Shown here piece by piece: positions 1 through 10,866 of a DNA stretch of 64,000 bases; the stretch's first letter is position 1; each line of letters opens with the position of its first letter. The stretch is from the human T2T-CHM13v2.0 reference genome, Homo sapiens. Position numbers and translations under genes: made by a program. Location of the stretch: assembly GCF_009914755.1 (NCBI RefSeq), contig NC_060943.1. One strand, given 5' to 3'. The notes beneath the pieces are model-generated. The model was not told where the DNA came from. It saw only the letters and a list, made by a program, of their open reading frames with translations, and did not search any database.

Positions 1-1223
1 GGCCCCTGGAGAATCTCAGGCATACCAGGAGTGGGGCTGCGGGTGCGGCACCAGCATGAATTGCGGCGGTGGAGGCCGGGGCGGGCCAGGCCGCGACCAG
101 AGAGAAAGGCAGCCTGGGAGGGCCAGCCCGGCCAACCCACCGGGCCTGCTGATGGCCGAGCCCACGCTCGAGGGGCTGACCAGAGTTCAATGCGCCTCAG
201 AAAACTCCATAAACTATCCCGTCTTATTTGGCAAAAGCTCATATTTTTTTCAAAGTTTGAAGACTTGAATGAAAGAGAGGAAGAGGAGCCTATGGGAGGA
301 GGCCGAGCCCCAGGGCGGCTGATGCGAGTCTGTCCGCGGAGACTGTTGGCGCTAGTCTGAGTAGAGCCCGAGAGCAGACTGGTGGCTCCCGGGCGCCCTG
401 AGGACTCGCTGCCCTTTGTAGTGTTGGCTGACCCCCCCGGGAGCCCCGGGAGGAGGCGGCGGCATCCTTGGAACGGCAAAGGGAGAATTCCTCCATGCGC
501 CTGGAGAGGGCCAGCTGCCGTGCCTGGCTCGGCCTCCAGCCCCACAACACCACCGCAGAGACATCTTAACCTACAAGCCCCACCGTACGCACCCCCCACC
601 CACCCCACGTGCACTGCTGCCACAGAAACGCACATGGACACTGCTCTTGACCAGACAGTGCACACACATATATAATAGAGAGAACTATACAGCACAGACC
701 CCAGCGCAGCGCGAGCCGGGGAGGAGCCGGCGCTAGGTCTACACGGAGGACGACGCAGACACACAGGCAGGGCCTTCTGAGGTCCAGGGTGGGCGGAGGG
801 TGTGTTCTGAACCATTCGGGAGGCTGGAGATGCCCCCCAGCCGTCGATCCGCTGCTCAGAAAGGCTGGGGCAGCGACGCCGCACAGCCCGCCGAGCAGTG
901 GGGGCTGGTCCCAAGGCTGGGCGAGGGGCCCCCGGCCCTGTCTCTGCCCAGAGCTGCCTTCAACACCAGCCGCTCTCTGAGGGGAGCCCAGAGAGCCCGG
1001 GGGGCGGCTCCCGTGTGGCCCAGCCCGGCCCCAGGGCTCCTGGCGATGGAGCGGGGAGAGTGGGCAGGGAGCCGCCGAGGAAAGTGCAGCGGGCTGTGCG
1101 GGCGAGGACAGGGCTGTCGCTAAGGCAGTGCTGCGGGCAGGCGAGACGGGAGAGGAGGGCAGGCGAGGCCTGGCTGCAGCCTCCCAGGACCCCGGCGGTG
1201 GGGGCCCGGCACGCGGCCCAGGG
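1..1223 (-). other. MLLT1: MLLT1 3'UTR (partial, continues past the window edge)
   Basis: Follows the stop codon in the last exon; no canonical AATAAA seen on the minus strand in 1-1223. Confidence 0.88.
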
Positions 1224-1352
1224 TCATGTGGCCACGGCCTCCAGGCAGCTCTGCAGTTTGCGCACGGTGGTCTCGTCCAGGGAGAAGAGGTCGAAGTCGA
1301 AGGTGGTGTTGGTGACATTGAAGTGGCCAGTCTCCTCGATCAGATTCACAAT
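1224..1352 (-). CDS. MLLT1: MLLT1 exon 12 coding part, AHD C-terminus ([42 protein letters not shown])
   Basis: ttacag acceptor; TGA at 1224-1226; [12 protein letters not shown] signature. Confidence 0.98.
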
Positions 1353-1518
1353 CTGTAAGGTGGTGGCAGGTGGCTTCAGGGGCAGGGGGCCAAGGGTGGG
1401 GTTGCCCTGTTCCCTAACAGAGGTAGGGGCTCCTGGGGCAGCACCAGGGGCCCCCGCAGCCCACACTCCTCACAGGCACCCCGACCTCTGCCGGGCAGGA
1501 CCCTCAGGGGGGCGATAC

Positions 1519-1590
1519 CTGCTGCAGCACGTTGCGCTCCCGCAGCGCCATCAGCCTCCGGTGTAGCTCCACCAGCTCATCCGTGTAGGC
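1519..1590 (-). CDS. MLLT1: MLLT1 exon 11 (72 nt), start of AHD ([24 protein letters not shown])
   Basis: ccccag acceptor, GTATCG donor; AF9/ENL ANC1-homology domain sequence. Confidence 0.97.
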
Positions 1591-1884
1591 CTGGGGAGGG
1601 GGGGCAGGTCTCAGCAGCGTGTGGGGGCCCTGGACCCTTCCTGCTCCCATGCCCAGCCCCACCCATGACCCAGTCCATCCCAGCACAGGACAGAGGTAGC
1701 CACATCCAAACCAAGGAAGGCCCAAGGCTGCAGGGGCAGCCCCTCAGCTCCAAGGCCACACCGGGAGGGGAGGAAGGACTGTCCCTGCTCCTGCCCAGGA
1801 AGAGTCCAACTGTGGGGTGTTGGGGGGCTCTGGGGTCCTCCACTGGCTGCAACTCCCACCACCCACCCCTCCGTAGCCTCCCCG

Positions 1885-1923
1885 CCTTGTCGTAGGTGCC
1901 CCCCCACCTTGTCGTAGGTGCCC
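1885..1923. repeat. Direct duplication, period 22 nt, of the exon 10 end and donor
   Basis: ccttgtcgtaggtgccc at 1885-1901 and 1907-1923. Confidence 0.95.
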
Positions 1924-1979
1924 TTCTTGAGGATCTTCTCAGGCTTGCTGCAGGACTCGGGGCTCCTCCGGCCTGACAC
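1908..1979 (-). CDS. MLLT1: MLLT1 exon 10 (72 nt; [24 protein letters not shown])
   Basis: ctgcag acceptor, GTGGGG donor; symmetric phase 0-0. Confidence 0.96.
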
Positions 1980-2120
1980 CTGCAGGGAACCCAGGTCTCT
2001 GCTGAGCTGTGGCCCACACCCTCCCCAGCCCCGAAGGCCCCACAAACCCTCCTAGGACAGCCCGGCCCAGGGCTAAGCCCGGCCTCTGGTGCACCCCCTG
2101 CCTGCAGGCCCCAGGCTCAC

Positions 2121-2220
2121 CTTGCTGTTGGGCGGGGGTGGCTTCTGGGGGGGTGGGGGCTCACGGCTGGGCAGGGAGGAGTCGGCGCTGTTGTCACTCT
2201 CGCTGTCGCTGAAGCTCAAC
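2121..2220 (-). CDS. MLLT1: MLLT1 exon 9 (100 nt; [33 protein letters not shown])
   Basis: ttcag acceptor, GTGAGC donor; translated by hand, frame continuous. Confidence 0.96.
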
Positions 2221-2789
2221 CTGAACCGACACACGGGGGCGCATCAGGCCCCTGCCGCCACCACGGCCCCCACCCCACCCCCAGGCTCAAGCCTCTGCCC
2301 CGCACGGAGTCGGTGCCTGAGCCCACACACCCCCAACAGCTCCATTCACCTCTGCGCAGGAACCTCAACTTAAAAATACTGTGTGTGGCCACCAAGAGGA
2401 AAGAACCCCAAGGAAACCAGGCCACCCAGAGGCCCTTTGGGGGCCGCCCGAGCAGGCCAAGGGTGGTCCGGGATACCCGGGACACAAAGCCCCCCAGCCA
2501 ATGGGCCTTGCTGGGCTGTGGTCCTCTGACTTGGTTCTGTGGCTTTAACAAGGGGAGGAGGAGCTGCCTGCTGAAAACCTGCCCTCTTCTCCCAGCACTG
2601 CCCTAGGGCTTCCATGGCCGCCCGTCCCTCCGATGCTCCCCTGGCCGCCTGACCCTGGTTTGCTCTGGACAGCAGGCCTCCATCAGTCACATCGGCCCCC
2701 CTGACCCTAGAGGGTGTGGTCCTAAACAGGGGTATCTGGTGGTGGGGAGAGGTCCAAGCTCTCAACCTCCCCTACCCTGGGGGGCAGGT

Positions 2790-2835
2790 CTTTGACCTCT
2801 GCCTCAGTTTCCCCATCTGTGAAAGGAGGCTGCTA
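2790..2835. mobile_element. MIR core fragment
   Basis: gcctcagtttccccatctgtgaaa is the MIR core motif. Confidence 0.55.
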
Positions 2836-4586
2836 TGACCACACACAGAGCCTGGGCCCATTTTTCTCTCACTCTGCGTGCCTGGGGTCCCGCTCCGCCA
2901 GGGATATTTTGGGCTTGATCCAGTGAGAGGGGCCCCTGACAACCATCACTTCACAACACGTTTAAAACACAGCAAACCCCAGGCCTCCTAGTGAACAAGG
3001 AGGTGCCAGAAGCGGCTCGAGCACACCGGACTTCCCGGTGGGCAGCACAGCCATTGTCCCTGTTCCTGGCCTGCTCCTGCCCCGGCGCAGGCTCCGTTCA
3101 TCTCTTAAACTTGCCCCTCAGTGGCCTCAGGCTGGGGCCACTCTCTGCAGCTGCCTCCCGGCTCTGGCAGCTCCAGGTCTGGCTCACGTTGCCCAGGCGA
3201 CGCCCCTGCCTGCGCTCCTGCCGGCCTCTGCCCCGCATCCCACAGGTGACTGGGATGACGGCTGGGCACCGCTGCAGACTGGGCTTCCCAGGCAGCAGAC
3301 CAGGGTGTGCAGAAGCTCCGACGGTGTGGCCTGGGCGCTCCCTGCCCCGGCAACGCAGGGACAAGGCCGGCAAGCCCTCACCCAGGGCCCACACAAACGT
3401 TCCGGGAGGAATCAAAAGGCGCTTCGCGTGTGGCTCGGTCCCTGTGCCGTGCCTGCCAGCCCCTCTAGAACCGAACCTTCCGTCAGCCTCTCTGCGCTCA
3501 CGGCTCTTGGCGCAAGCAGAATCCACCCTGAATGTCACCGAACGAGGCGGGAGCCTGCTTCCAGGTCCTGTCCCAGGGACGCCACAGCCCTCCTCGTGTC
3601 TAGAGTCTAAGTCCCTGTCGGAGTCGTGGGCCCGGACCTCCCACCAGCGGCTCCCCCGCAGTGAGCCACTGCTCCTGCTCTGTCTGCGGTGGGTGGGAAT
3701 CCCGCCATGTGCCTGCTGGCCTGGCGCGCTGCACACGGGGAACCAAGCAGAACCTGCTGCCCAGCTTGCGTGAAGGTGGCTTTAGTGAACAACACACCTG
3801 CAGGCGTCTGTGAGGCTCCCATGCACCTTGCTGGGTGCAGGGTGATAACCAGCCCTGTCTCCAGTAGGAGCCACTGAGGCCTGGAGGCCTCAGCCTCACG
3901 GGAGGAGGGGCTGACTGCCGGCTCTGCTACAGCTTTGGAAAAGCCTGGACCCCCGCCCGCTGAAGCCTGTGTGCCCGGGGCCAAGGCCAGCACGTTCTCC
4001 ACTGTCGCTGGGTTGGAGGCCGAGCGCATGGAGCTCTCCCAGGTGGGGTCACGCCAAGGGTCCTGCATATCCCAAGGATGTGCCTCGGCACCCCTGTGCC
4101 TCCTGGGGAAAAGGCCACAGGCAGCCAAAGCTGCTCCCACACTGGGTGTCCGCTGCCCCAGGACGGGCTCTCCATGGATCCTCGCCCCATGTAAGGCAGG
4201 TGGGAAAGGACTGGGAGTCTCCTGGCCCAAGAGCAGAGAAACAGGCCTGCTCCCCTCCCCCCACCTCCAGCCTGGGCTCCCTCCTGCACCCCTCCCTGCC
4301 AGATAGCCCACACCTGCCAGTGACCACGAGGAGGGATGCCACCCAAGGCCCCAGATGGGGGCAGCCCTTGAGGCCCTCAGCCTCAGGGACCAGGAGAGGA
4401 CACACAGCCCCAGGCCCACCCCAAGGCCCAGGCTGGACTGGGGCCACCTGGGGATGGATCCCTGCTTTGGCCCTCCCAGGGGACCCTCCAGTCCCAACCC
4501 CACCTGCAGCCCCACAATCACTGCAGACCCAGCCGGAGTCGCCCCGGGTGGCCGCCTCCGCCCCCTGGCTCCCACCGGGCCGTCAC

Positions 4587-4695
4587 CTGGAGTCCCTCCC
4601 CGGGTTGGTCTTGCCGGCAGCCTCCTCGCCTGACGAAGAGTCGTCCTCGTCGGACTCCTCGGACTGCAGGTCCTCCACCATGGAGCGCAGGGGTC
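4587..4695 (-). CDS. MLLT1: MLLT1 exon 8 (109 nt), acidic ([19 protein letters not shown]...GRDSR)
   Basis: ccccag acceptor, GTGACG donor; in frame. Confidence 0.97.
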
Positions 4696-6135
4696 CTGGG
4701 GAGGCGGGGCAGGGAGGGAGGGGAGACAAGGGCAGGGCTCCACTGAGCCTCCAGGGCCCCTCGCCCATGAGGCCACGCAGAGCTTCTTGACACTGGTGAC
4801 CCCCAAATGCACACGCCCGTCCACCTGGGGGTCCCTGTGCCCATCTCTAAGAACTGCCCCCACACCGGCAGCCACCCGCTTCCCCTAGAACGCCCTGGCT
4901 CCCCCACCCCTCCCTACCTTCCTGGCCCTGCTCGCAGGCCTCAGGGGCCTGGCCGGCAGTGGGCGCGCAGGGCCCCTCCATTGCTGCAGCCGGAGGAGAA
5001 CCCCTCCTCTGCTCGGGGCACAGAGATCAGAAGCTCTGCCGAGAGCCCAGGGAGGGCGAGGGAGCCACAGCCTGGCTGGGAAGCTGGGCCTGGGGTCACA
5101 GATCTCTCTTCCTGCACCCTACGCCGGCCTGCCCACCCCCTCGGTAATCCCCTCTGCTGCTCCCAGTCCACCGTCCTCCCCTTTCTCCAGAGGCACACGG
5201 TTCCAGTCCCCTACAGACGGCATCTTGGTTTATATTCCTGTTACCAAGGCAACAGAGGGACACAAAGCCCTCAATTACCTTAGTCACATGATCCCGCTTC
5301 AGTAGGTCCCCCTCCCTTCCCGGCAGATAAGAACACTTGGAGCGAGTGTAGGCTTCAAGGGCCCCATCCCCCAGCCCCCTCGGCAACTGCACGGCTGAAT
5401 TCCAGGCCAGACTCCCTCCACAACCCCGCACACTCCTCTCCCCCAGCCCCCCTGCAAAGGATTCCAGGCCAAGGGGGAAGGAGGCTCTTGTTCCAATCCA
5501 GGAGTGGAAACGCTTTTTGCCTGGGAGTGGGTGCTGGGGTCTGGACTGGGGCCGGGGGCTCAGGGCAGCTCTCCCACTGTGTCCTGCAGGCTGCCTGGTC
5601 CCCAGGGCCCTCCCCACTCTGGGGCAGGCTGGTGCAGCCAATGGGCCTATGTCCTTTCCCCAAAAAGCCGCCCCTACTCAGGGTGGCCTGCCTGGAGAGG
5701 GAGAGGGCACTCCAAACACTCCGGCAGCAGGAGACCCCGGCCGTCCACAGGCAGCCAGTGCCTCGCTGGCCCTGGGGAGCGGGTGGGATGGGCGGAGGAG
5801 GTGACGCCGTCCGTCCATGGTCCCCAGCAGCACAGGGAGAGTTCTGGCCATGGGCAGGGCCCTCACCAGAAGCCCCTCACCAGCCTGGCTCCAGGCACGG
5901 GGTGCATGCCAACAGCCACCACAAGGAACAGTGCCCCCGGGCCTGACTGGAGGTCTGGTGACTTGTTCCTGCTTTGCTTTTAAATATAGACTCCCCCAGG
6001 CCACCAAAACCCTCCATGTACAGATCTGCAGGGCCCAGCCTGTGCAGGCAGTGGACGCTGAGGAATGCCCATGTGGCCTGAGCTCCAGGCCCTCCCCGGC
6101 CCCATCCGTGCCCCCCAGCTGCTCTCCATACACAC

Positions 6136-6223
6136 CTTGGCTGTGGTTCTGGGATGGCTCGAAGTCTGAGTCTGAGCTGGAGTCTGAGCTGGAGCTGGAG
6201 TTGGACGGGCTTGACTGGGCAGA
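6136..6223 (-). CDS. MLLT1: MLLT1 exon 7 (88 nt), Ser-rich ([29 protein letters not shown])
   Basis: AAG acceptor (atypical), GTGTGT donor; preserves frame between exons 6 and 8. Confidence 0.95.
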
Positions 6224-6836
6224 CTTCACCCAATGGTGGGATGGGCAGGGAGGGGAGAAAGGGAGAGCTGTCACCTTTCAGCAGAGACAAAGGGGGCCCC
6301 CTGGCAGCAGCTACGCTGAGTGGGTCTCCCCCAGACACCCCTAGGGTCCCAAGGGTACCCACGTGTGCCGCTGAGAACCCACTAAGGAGCCAGCGGCCAG
6401 GCCATGCGCAGCCTATAGCCTCCCGTGCCAGCCCTAGGACACCCGTGGATGTCTGGGTTTCCGGTAGCGCCAGGAGACCGTGTGGACCACGTGGGCTCTC
6501 CTGTCTACCCAGGCAGGTGCACAGGGTACTGGGAGGGAGGCTGGGGCAGGGGCTTGAAGTCCCACAGGTGGGTGGGCCTTGCCTTCGTCCAAGAGGGCAG
6601 GCATTGACTGGTGTCGCAAAAATGTCTGGAACAGGAAAGCTGGGTGTGGACACTTCTTGTTCTGACCCAGTGCTGTCCGGGGCTCAGGGGTGGCAGAGAG
6701 CTCTGTATCCCCACCCATTCGCTGCTCCTACCGCCAGCTGCCCAAGACACTGAAGAGCGTGCGTGCACAGGGGACAGAAGCCATGGGCAAGCCCGGCCCC
6801 ACCCGCCTCCTCCTCCTGCAGCTGTCCTTCCAGGCT

Positions 6837-6855
6837 CAGCCACCAGGGGGCAGTA
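6837..6855 (+). promoter_or_regulatory. Candidate CTCF site in intron 6
   Basis: CAGCCACCAGGGGGCAGTA versus core consensus CCASYAGRKGGCRS; motif only, no binding data. Confidence 0.6.
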
Positions 6856-9800
6856 AAAGCCACAACAAGGACACAAGGGGTGGGATGCCAGGACAGAGGG
6901 TGACAGTGCAGGGCAGGCGTGTATGGGGCAGAGGCGTAGCTCCTGGGTGGACGGGAGGCAGGCACTGCAGACACCTGCACGGGGAGGGGCCCATTGTTCT
7001 GGGCCCACATTTCTGCCAATGAGCTCATCCCAAGGGGTGTGCCAGAGGACATGGCGGGCCCAGGGCAGCCCCCTCACCTTGGGGGCCCGTCTGGTGGAAC
7101 TAGGTGGCTTGAGCCCCTCAGACCAGTCCCCTCCAGGGTCCTCCCTCCATCAGGAGGAGGCAGCTGGTCTGCTGGATTCTGGCAGGGGCCGCTGCAGCCG
7201 CCAGCCATGCAAGGGAAGCCGTGAACGGAGTACTGAGCTGGTGGGACTCAGGACCTTGAGTGCCTGGGAGCCCCCGGCCCCTCCCCTAGCATGTGGAGGA
7301 GACAGCCTCCACCCTGCAGAAGGGTCCCCACGAAAGCCCAAGGCCTCCCCAAGCAGCAGGTCCAGACTCACCCGTGCCTGAGAGGGAAGAGGGACTTCCC
7401 AAGGGTTTACTGCAGCCCAACCCAGCCCCCTCCTGCCCCTCAAACCAGCCCCTGCCAGCGCCCCTTCCCACCAACACATGGCGCTCCCTGATGAATCATC
7501 ACTGGGAAAGCCTGCCGTGGTGCCCATCAGTCACTGCCCACTCAGGCTACCTGAGTCCCGGACACATACCCCAGAGCGTCCAGGACCCCTGGCTGGGCCT
7601 GCCTGGAGCTGGGTGATGCACAGCCTGGACTTCTGTTCTTGGGGGCCAGGGGTGAGTAAGAGGTGACCGAGAGATGGCCTATTTAACCCCAGCCTTCTAA
7701 CCAGCAGGCCTTGCTACTCAGAACAAGGCCGTCCTATGTCAGCCTCAGTTTTCCCAGCACCGCCAGCTGCCTGCACACCGAGGCCAAGGCTAGTCCTCCC
7801 TTGACCTCCGGATGGAATCCCTGGGGCAGAGGGGTGGGCACCAACCTGGAGGGAGGTGGACTGGAGAAGTATCCAAGGTCCTGGCCCCATATCCCATGCA
7901 CTTTCTCACTAAAGGTGGAGAGGGGGCAGTTCAGGCGGCCAAAGGAGGCTGCACAAGGTCAGCAGGGATGGAAGCAGAGAGGATGCTGAGCCCCGAGAGG
8001 CCCCCAAGCCTGTCCTGGCGCCGTGCCAGACAGAGGAAAGCCAGTCAGGCACACGCATCCCCTTTCCTTCCGCCCAAATCCAAGGGGCAGGGAGGAAAAG
8101 AATCCGGAAATGGTCTCAGCCAGAAGAGCCCTAAGGTGGTGTGATCAGAAGGGCCACCGGAGCACGCCCGGGGCTCAGAGGGAGGGCGGAGCAGACTGGG
8201 TCCACGACTGACTCCAGATCCCCAAGGGCCAGGGAGACCCCAAGGCAGCAGCTGGAGGACGTGGGAGCTCGGCTCGGGGACTCGGCCCAAAGAGTGGCCC
8301 TACGAGGGTGGGCGTGGGCCAGACCCCAGCTGGTGCAGATTCTTCCGATGGCCGGTTCTGGTAGCACAGCCACACACAGCCTCTGGGGAGGAGCAGCCCA
8401 AGACGGCCAAGGGGAAGCCAAGGGGCCAGTGGTCTGGAAGGCCGATGTGCTTCTTCACCATAGCAGCCTGGGCTTCGGTGAAGCCCCCGGGGGAAGAGGC
8501 GTCAGGGACTCTGTGCTGTTGGGGCCTGGGTCTCACTCCCGCACAGACCTCGGGGCGCTAAGCCGCATTGCTCAAAAGCCTCTCAGCACGCGGGGCGCTC
8601 TTCTTCGGCCAGGAGGAAGTCCCAAAGCCTCCTCCAGCAACTCCAGCCTCAAGGCCACCCAGCCACTCTAAGCAGCGGCGTCCGAGGTGGCAGGAAGCTC
8701 CCCACAAAATATTCCAGCTGTTTCACAACACTGGTGGCGGGAGCCAGGAGCCAACTCACTCACTGCCGGGGGCCAGGCCGGGTGAGCAGAGCGGAGTGGA
8801 GCGGGCCGTGGAGCTGCCTTGCCGCTGCCCAGCGTGCTGCACACCCAGCCCCAGGTACCAGAAGACCTCGCCTGGAGATGCCTGGCCTGGGACTGCATGT
8901 CACTCAGTACCTATCCCCAACCCTGGGGTAGAAGGGAGGGGACAAGCGCCTGCCCAGGGCTGTGGTTGCTGCACAGGCAGAGAAGGGGTCAGGCTCGGTG
9001 CCCAGCAGGCACCGCCAGGCCCTCCCACAGCTGGGAGGGCTACTGAGATGGGCCGGGACTTCTGGAAGGTGGCACCGGCCCCCCCACCGCCTCAGGGTCA
9101 TAGCAGATGGTGCCGTCTTCAGCCACTGCCAAGCCATGGGAGCACCGGGCACTCAGCCTTGCCAGCCCATGTGTCTATGAGCCAGGATGCACTGTTACCC
9201 AGAGGCTGGACCGTCACCCCCAGCCAGCCCCACCACCTCCATGAGGGCCCTGGGGGCAATGAGCGCTGCCCACATAACCCCCTCGGGCTTTGTGGCTGGG
9301 ACCTGCATTCAAAGCCCCAGCGGCTTTTCAAAGCCTCAGCAACCCAGAGGCAAAGCTTCCTTGAGGGCAAGCCGGACCCACAAAAGGCCCCTGAGGGCTG
9401 GGGCTGGCAACAGAGGTAAATGGCCCAACCCTCATCCATCCATTCATTCATTTTTACCGGGCCCAGTGTCTGTTGTCTAAATGCCAAGTGCCAGATAATA
9501 GCGCTGGAAGACACCACCGCCGTCCCAGGCCCCAAACAGGGTCTGGCCACAAGACCATGAGGTGGCTACCAGCTCTTGCGGCTCAAGTCATGTCTGATGC
9601 AGTCCTCTGAGAATGTCCGGACGCTGTGCTGTGGGACAAGCCAGCAGCCTCTCATGGTGACAAGGCCGGTCCCTGACAGGGGTCCTCGTTCCAAGCTCAG
9701 ACACTGGTGGGGCCAGATGTGAGTATCCCCAAGTCACAGCTGTGTGCGATGGGTGTGGGCAGGAGGGATGCTCTTGACCCCACCAGCCACCTAAATAGGG

Positions 9801-10302
9801 AGCCGGGCACGGACCTGTTGCTCCTCATGGCTAGGGGCTGTCTGAAGCCCTCATCATTAACCTCCAGACAAGGGTGAGTCTCCCAGATGCCCTATTGGCA
9901 GAGCTCCAGGCCGGGCTGACCACGCCATGGTCAGAGCAACCATGAGACACGCTTGCCCACTGGCACCAGAGCGGCCAAGACCCGGGCCCATGCAGGGGGC
10001 TGCTGGAGGAGGGGAGCTCAGAACCTCAGGACCACACCATCATGCTTTACCAGAGCCACCCACAAATGCCACCGAGGAGGCGAGGAGGGACTCCTCACGA
10101 GGCAGACTTTATCACCTGACAGACAGGGAAACCGAAGCCTAGTGAGGCGTGGAGGCCCCAGGTTACAAGAAGCCAGTGGGAGGAGCAGCTGGTGAGACCT
10201 GAGGTCCTGGCTCAGATCCCACCTCCTTCCGCTGTTCCAGAAGGGAGGCGGGTCCCACCACACTGCCTGCACCTGGCTGCCCTGCCCCCAGCACTCACTC
10301 AC

Positions 10303-10866
10303 CTCGGACTTGAAGGAGGCCTCGTCCTCTGAGTTGGACTCCTCCACCTCCAGGGCCTTTTTGGCCTCCCGGGGCTCACTCTCGGCCTTCACCTTCTCCC
10401 CTCTGGTGCTGCTCTTGTCCTTGGCCGGCTTCTTGTCCGAGAAGGAGGAGGAGGAGGAGGTGCGGGGCGAGGTGCCTGGAGCACTCCGGGACCCCTTCGA
10501 GCTGCTCTTCTTCTGCTTCTTGGCGCTGGGCTTTGGCGAGTCGGCGGTGGCCGGCCGCTTGCTGGAAGCCCGGGGTGGGGGTGGGGGTGGGGGTGGGGGC
10601 CCACCCTTGGGGGACGTGCTTTCCAGCTTGGTCTCTTTCAGGGCCATCTTGGGTTCCTTGAAGGCAGCCTTGGGCGGTGGCGCCTTCTCCTCCTTGGGCA
10701 GCCGGCCCTCGCCCAGCTTCCGCGAGGTGTCCTTGGAGCTTTTGGCCTGCTCACGCTCCAGCTCCTTGGAGGAGCTCTTGCTCTCGGAGTCTTTGCGGGG
10801 CCGCTCCCGGTGCTCCTTGGTCACCTTGTGTGGCTTGGAGGTCTTGCTGCTCTCCTTGTTGGCGTC
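10303..10866 (-). CDS. MLLT1: MLLT1 exon 6 (564 nt), Lys/Ser-rich disordered region with a Pro9 tract
   Basis: ttgcag acceptor, GTGAGT donor; translates DANKESSK...ASFKSE. Confidence 0.98.
10572..10599 (+). repeat. (GGGGGT)n hexamer repeat encoding Pro9; potential G-quadruplex
   Basis: GGGGT(GGGGGT)3GGGGG on +; alternating CCC/CCA codons on -. Confidence 0.85.

Noticed and set aside
566-1318. 250-aa alternative-frame ORF spanning the stop codon into the 3'UTR
   Set aside because: The frame is closed by TGA at the start of exon 12 and is not reached by the +22 or +4 splice variants; low-complexity product.
3607-4875. 422-aa minus-strand ORF and many other 150-300 aa ORFs in GC-rich introns
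   Set aside because: Pro/Gly/Ala/Arg-rich, no recognisable domain, often non-ATG starts. Long stop-free frames are expected at this GC content, and this one overlaps exon 8 out of frame.
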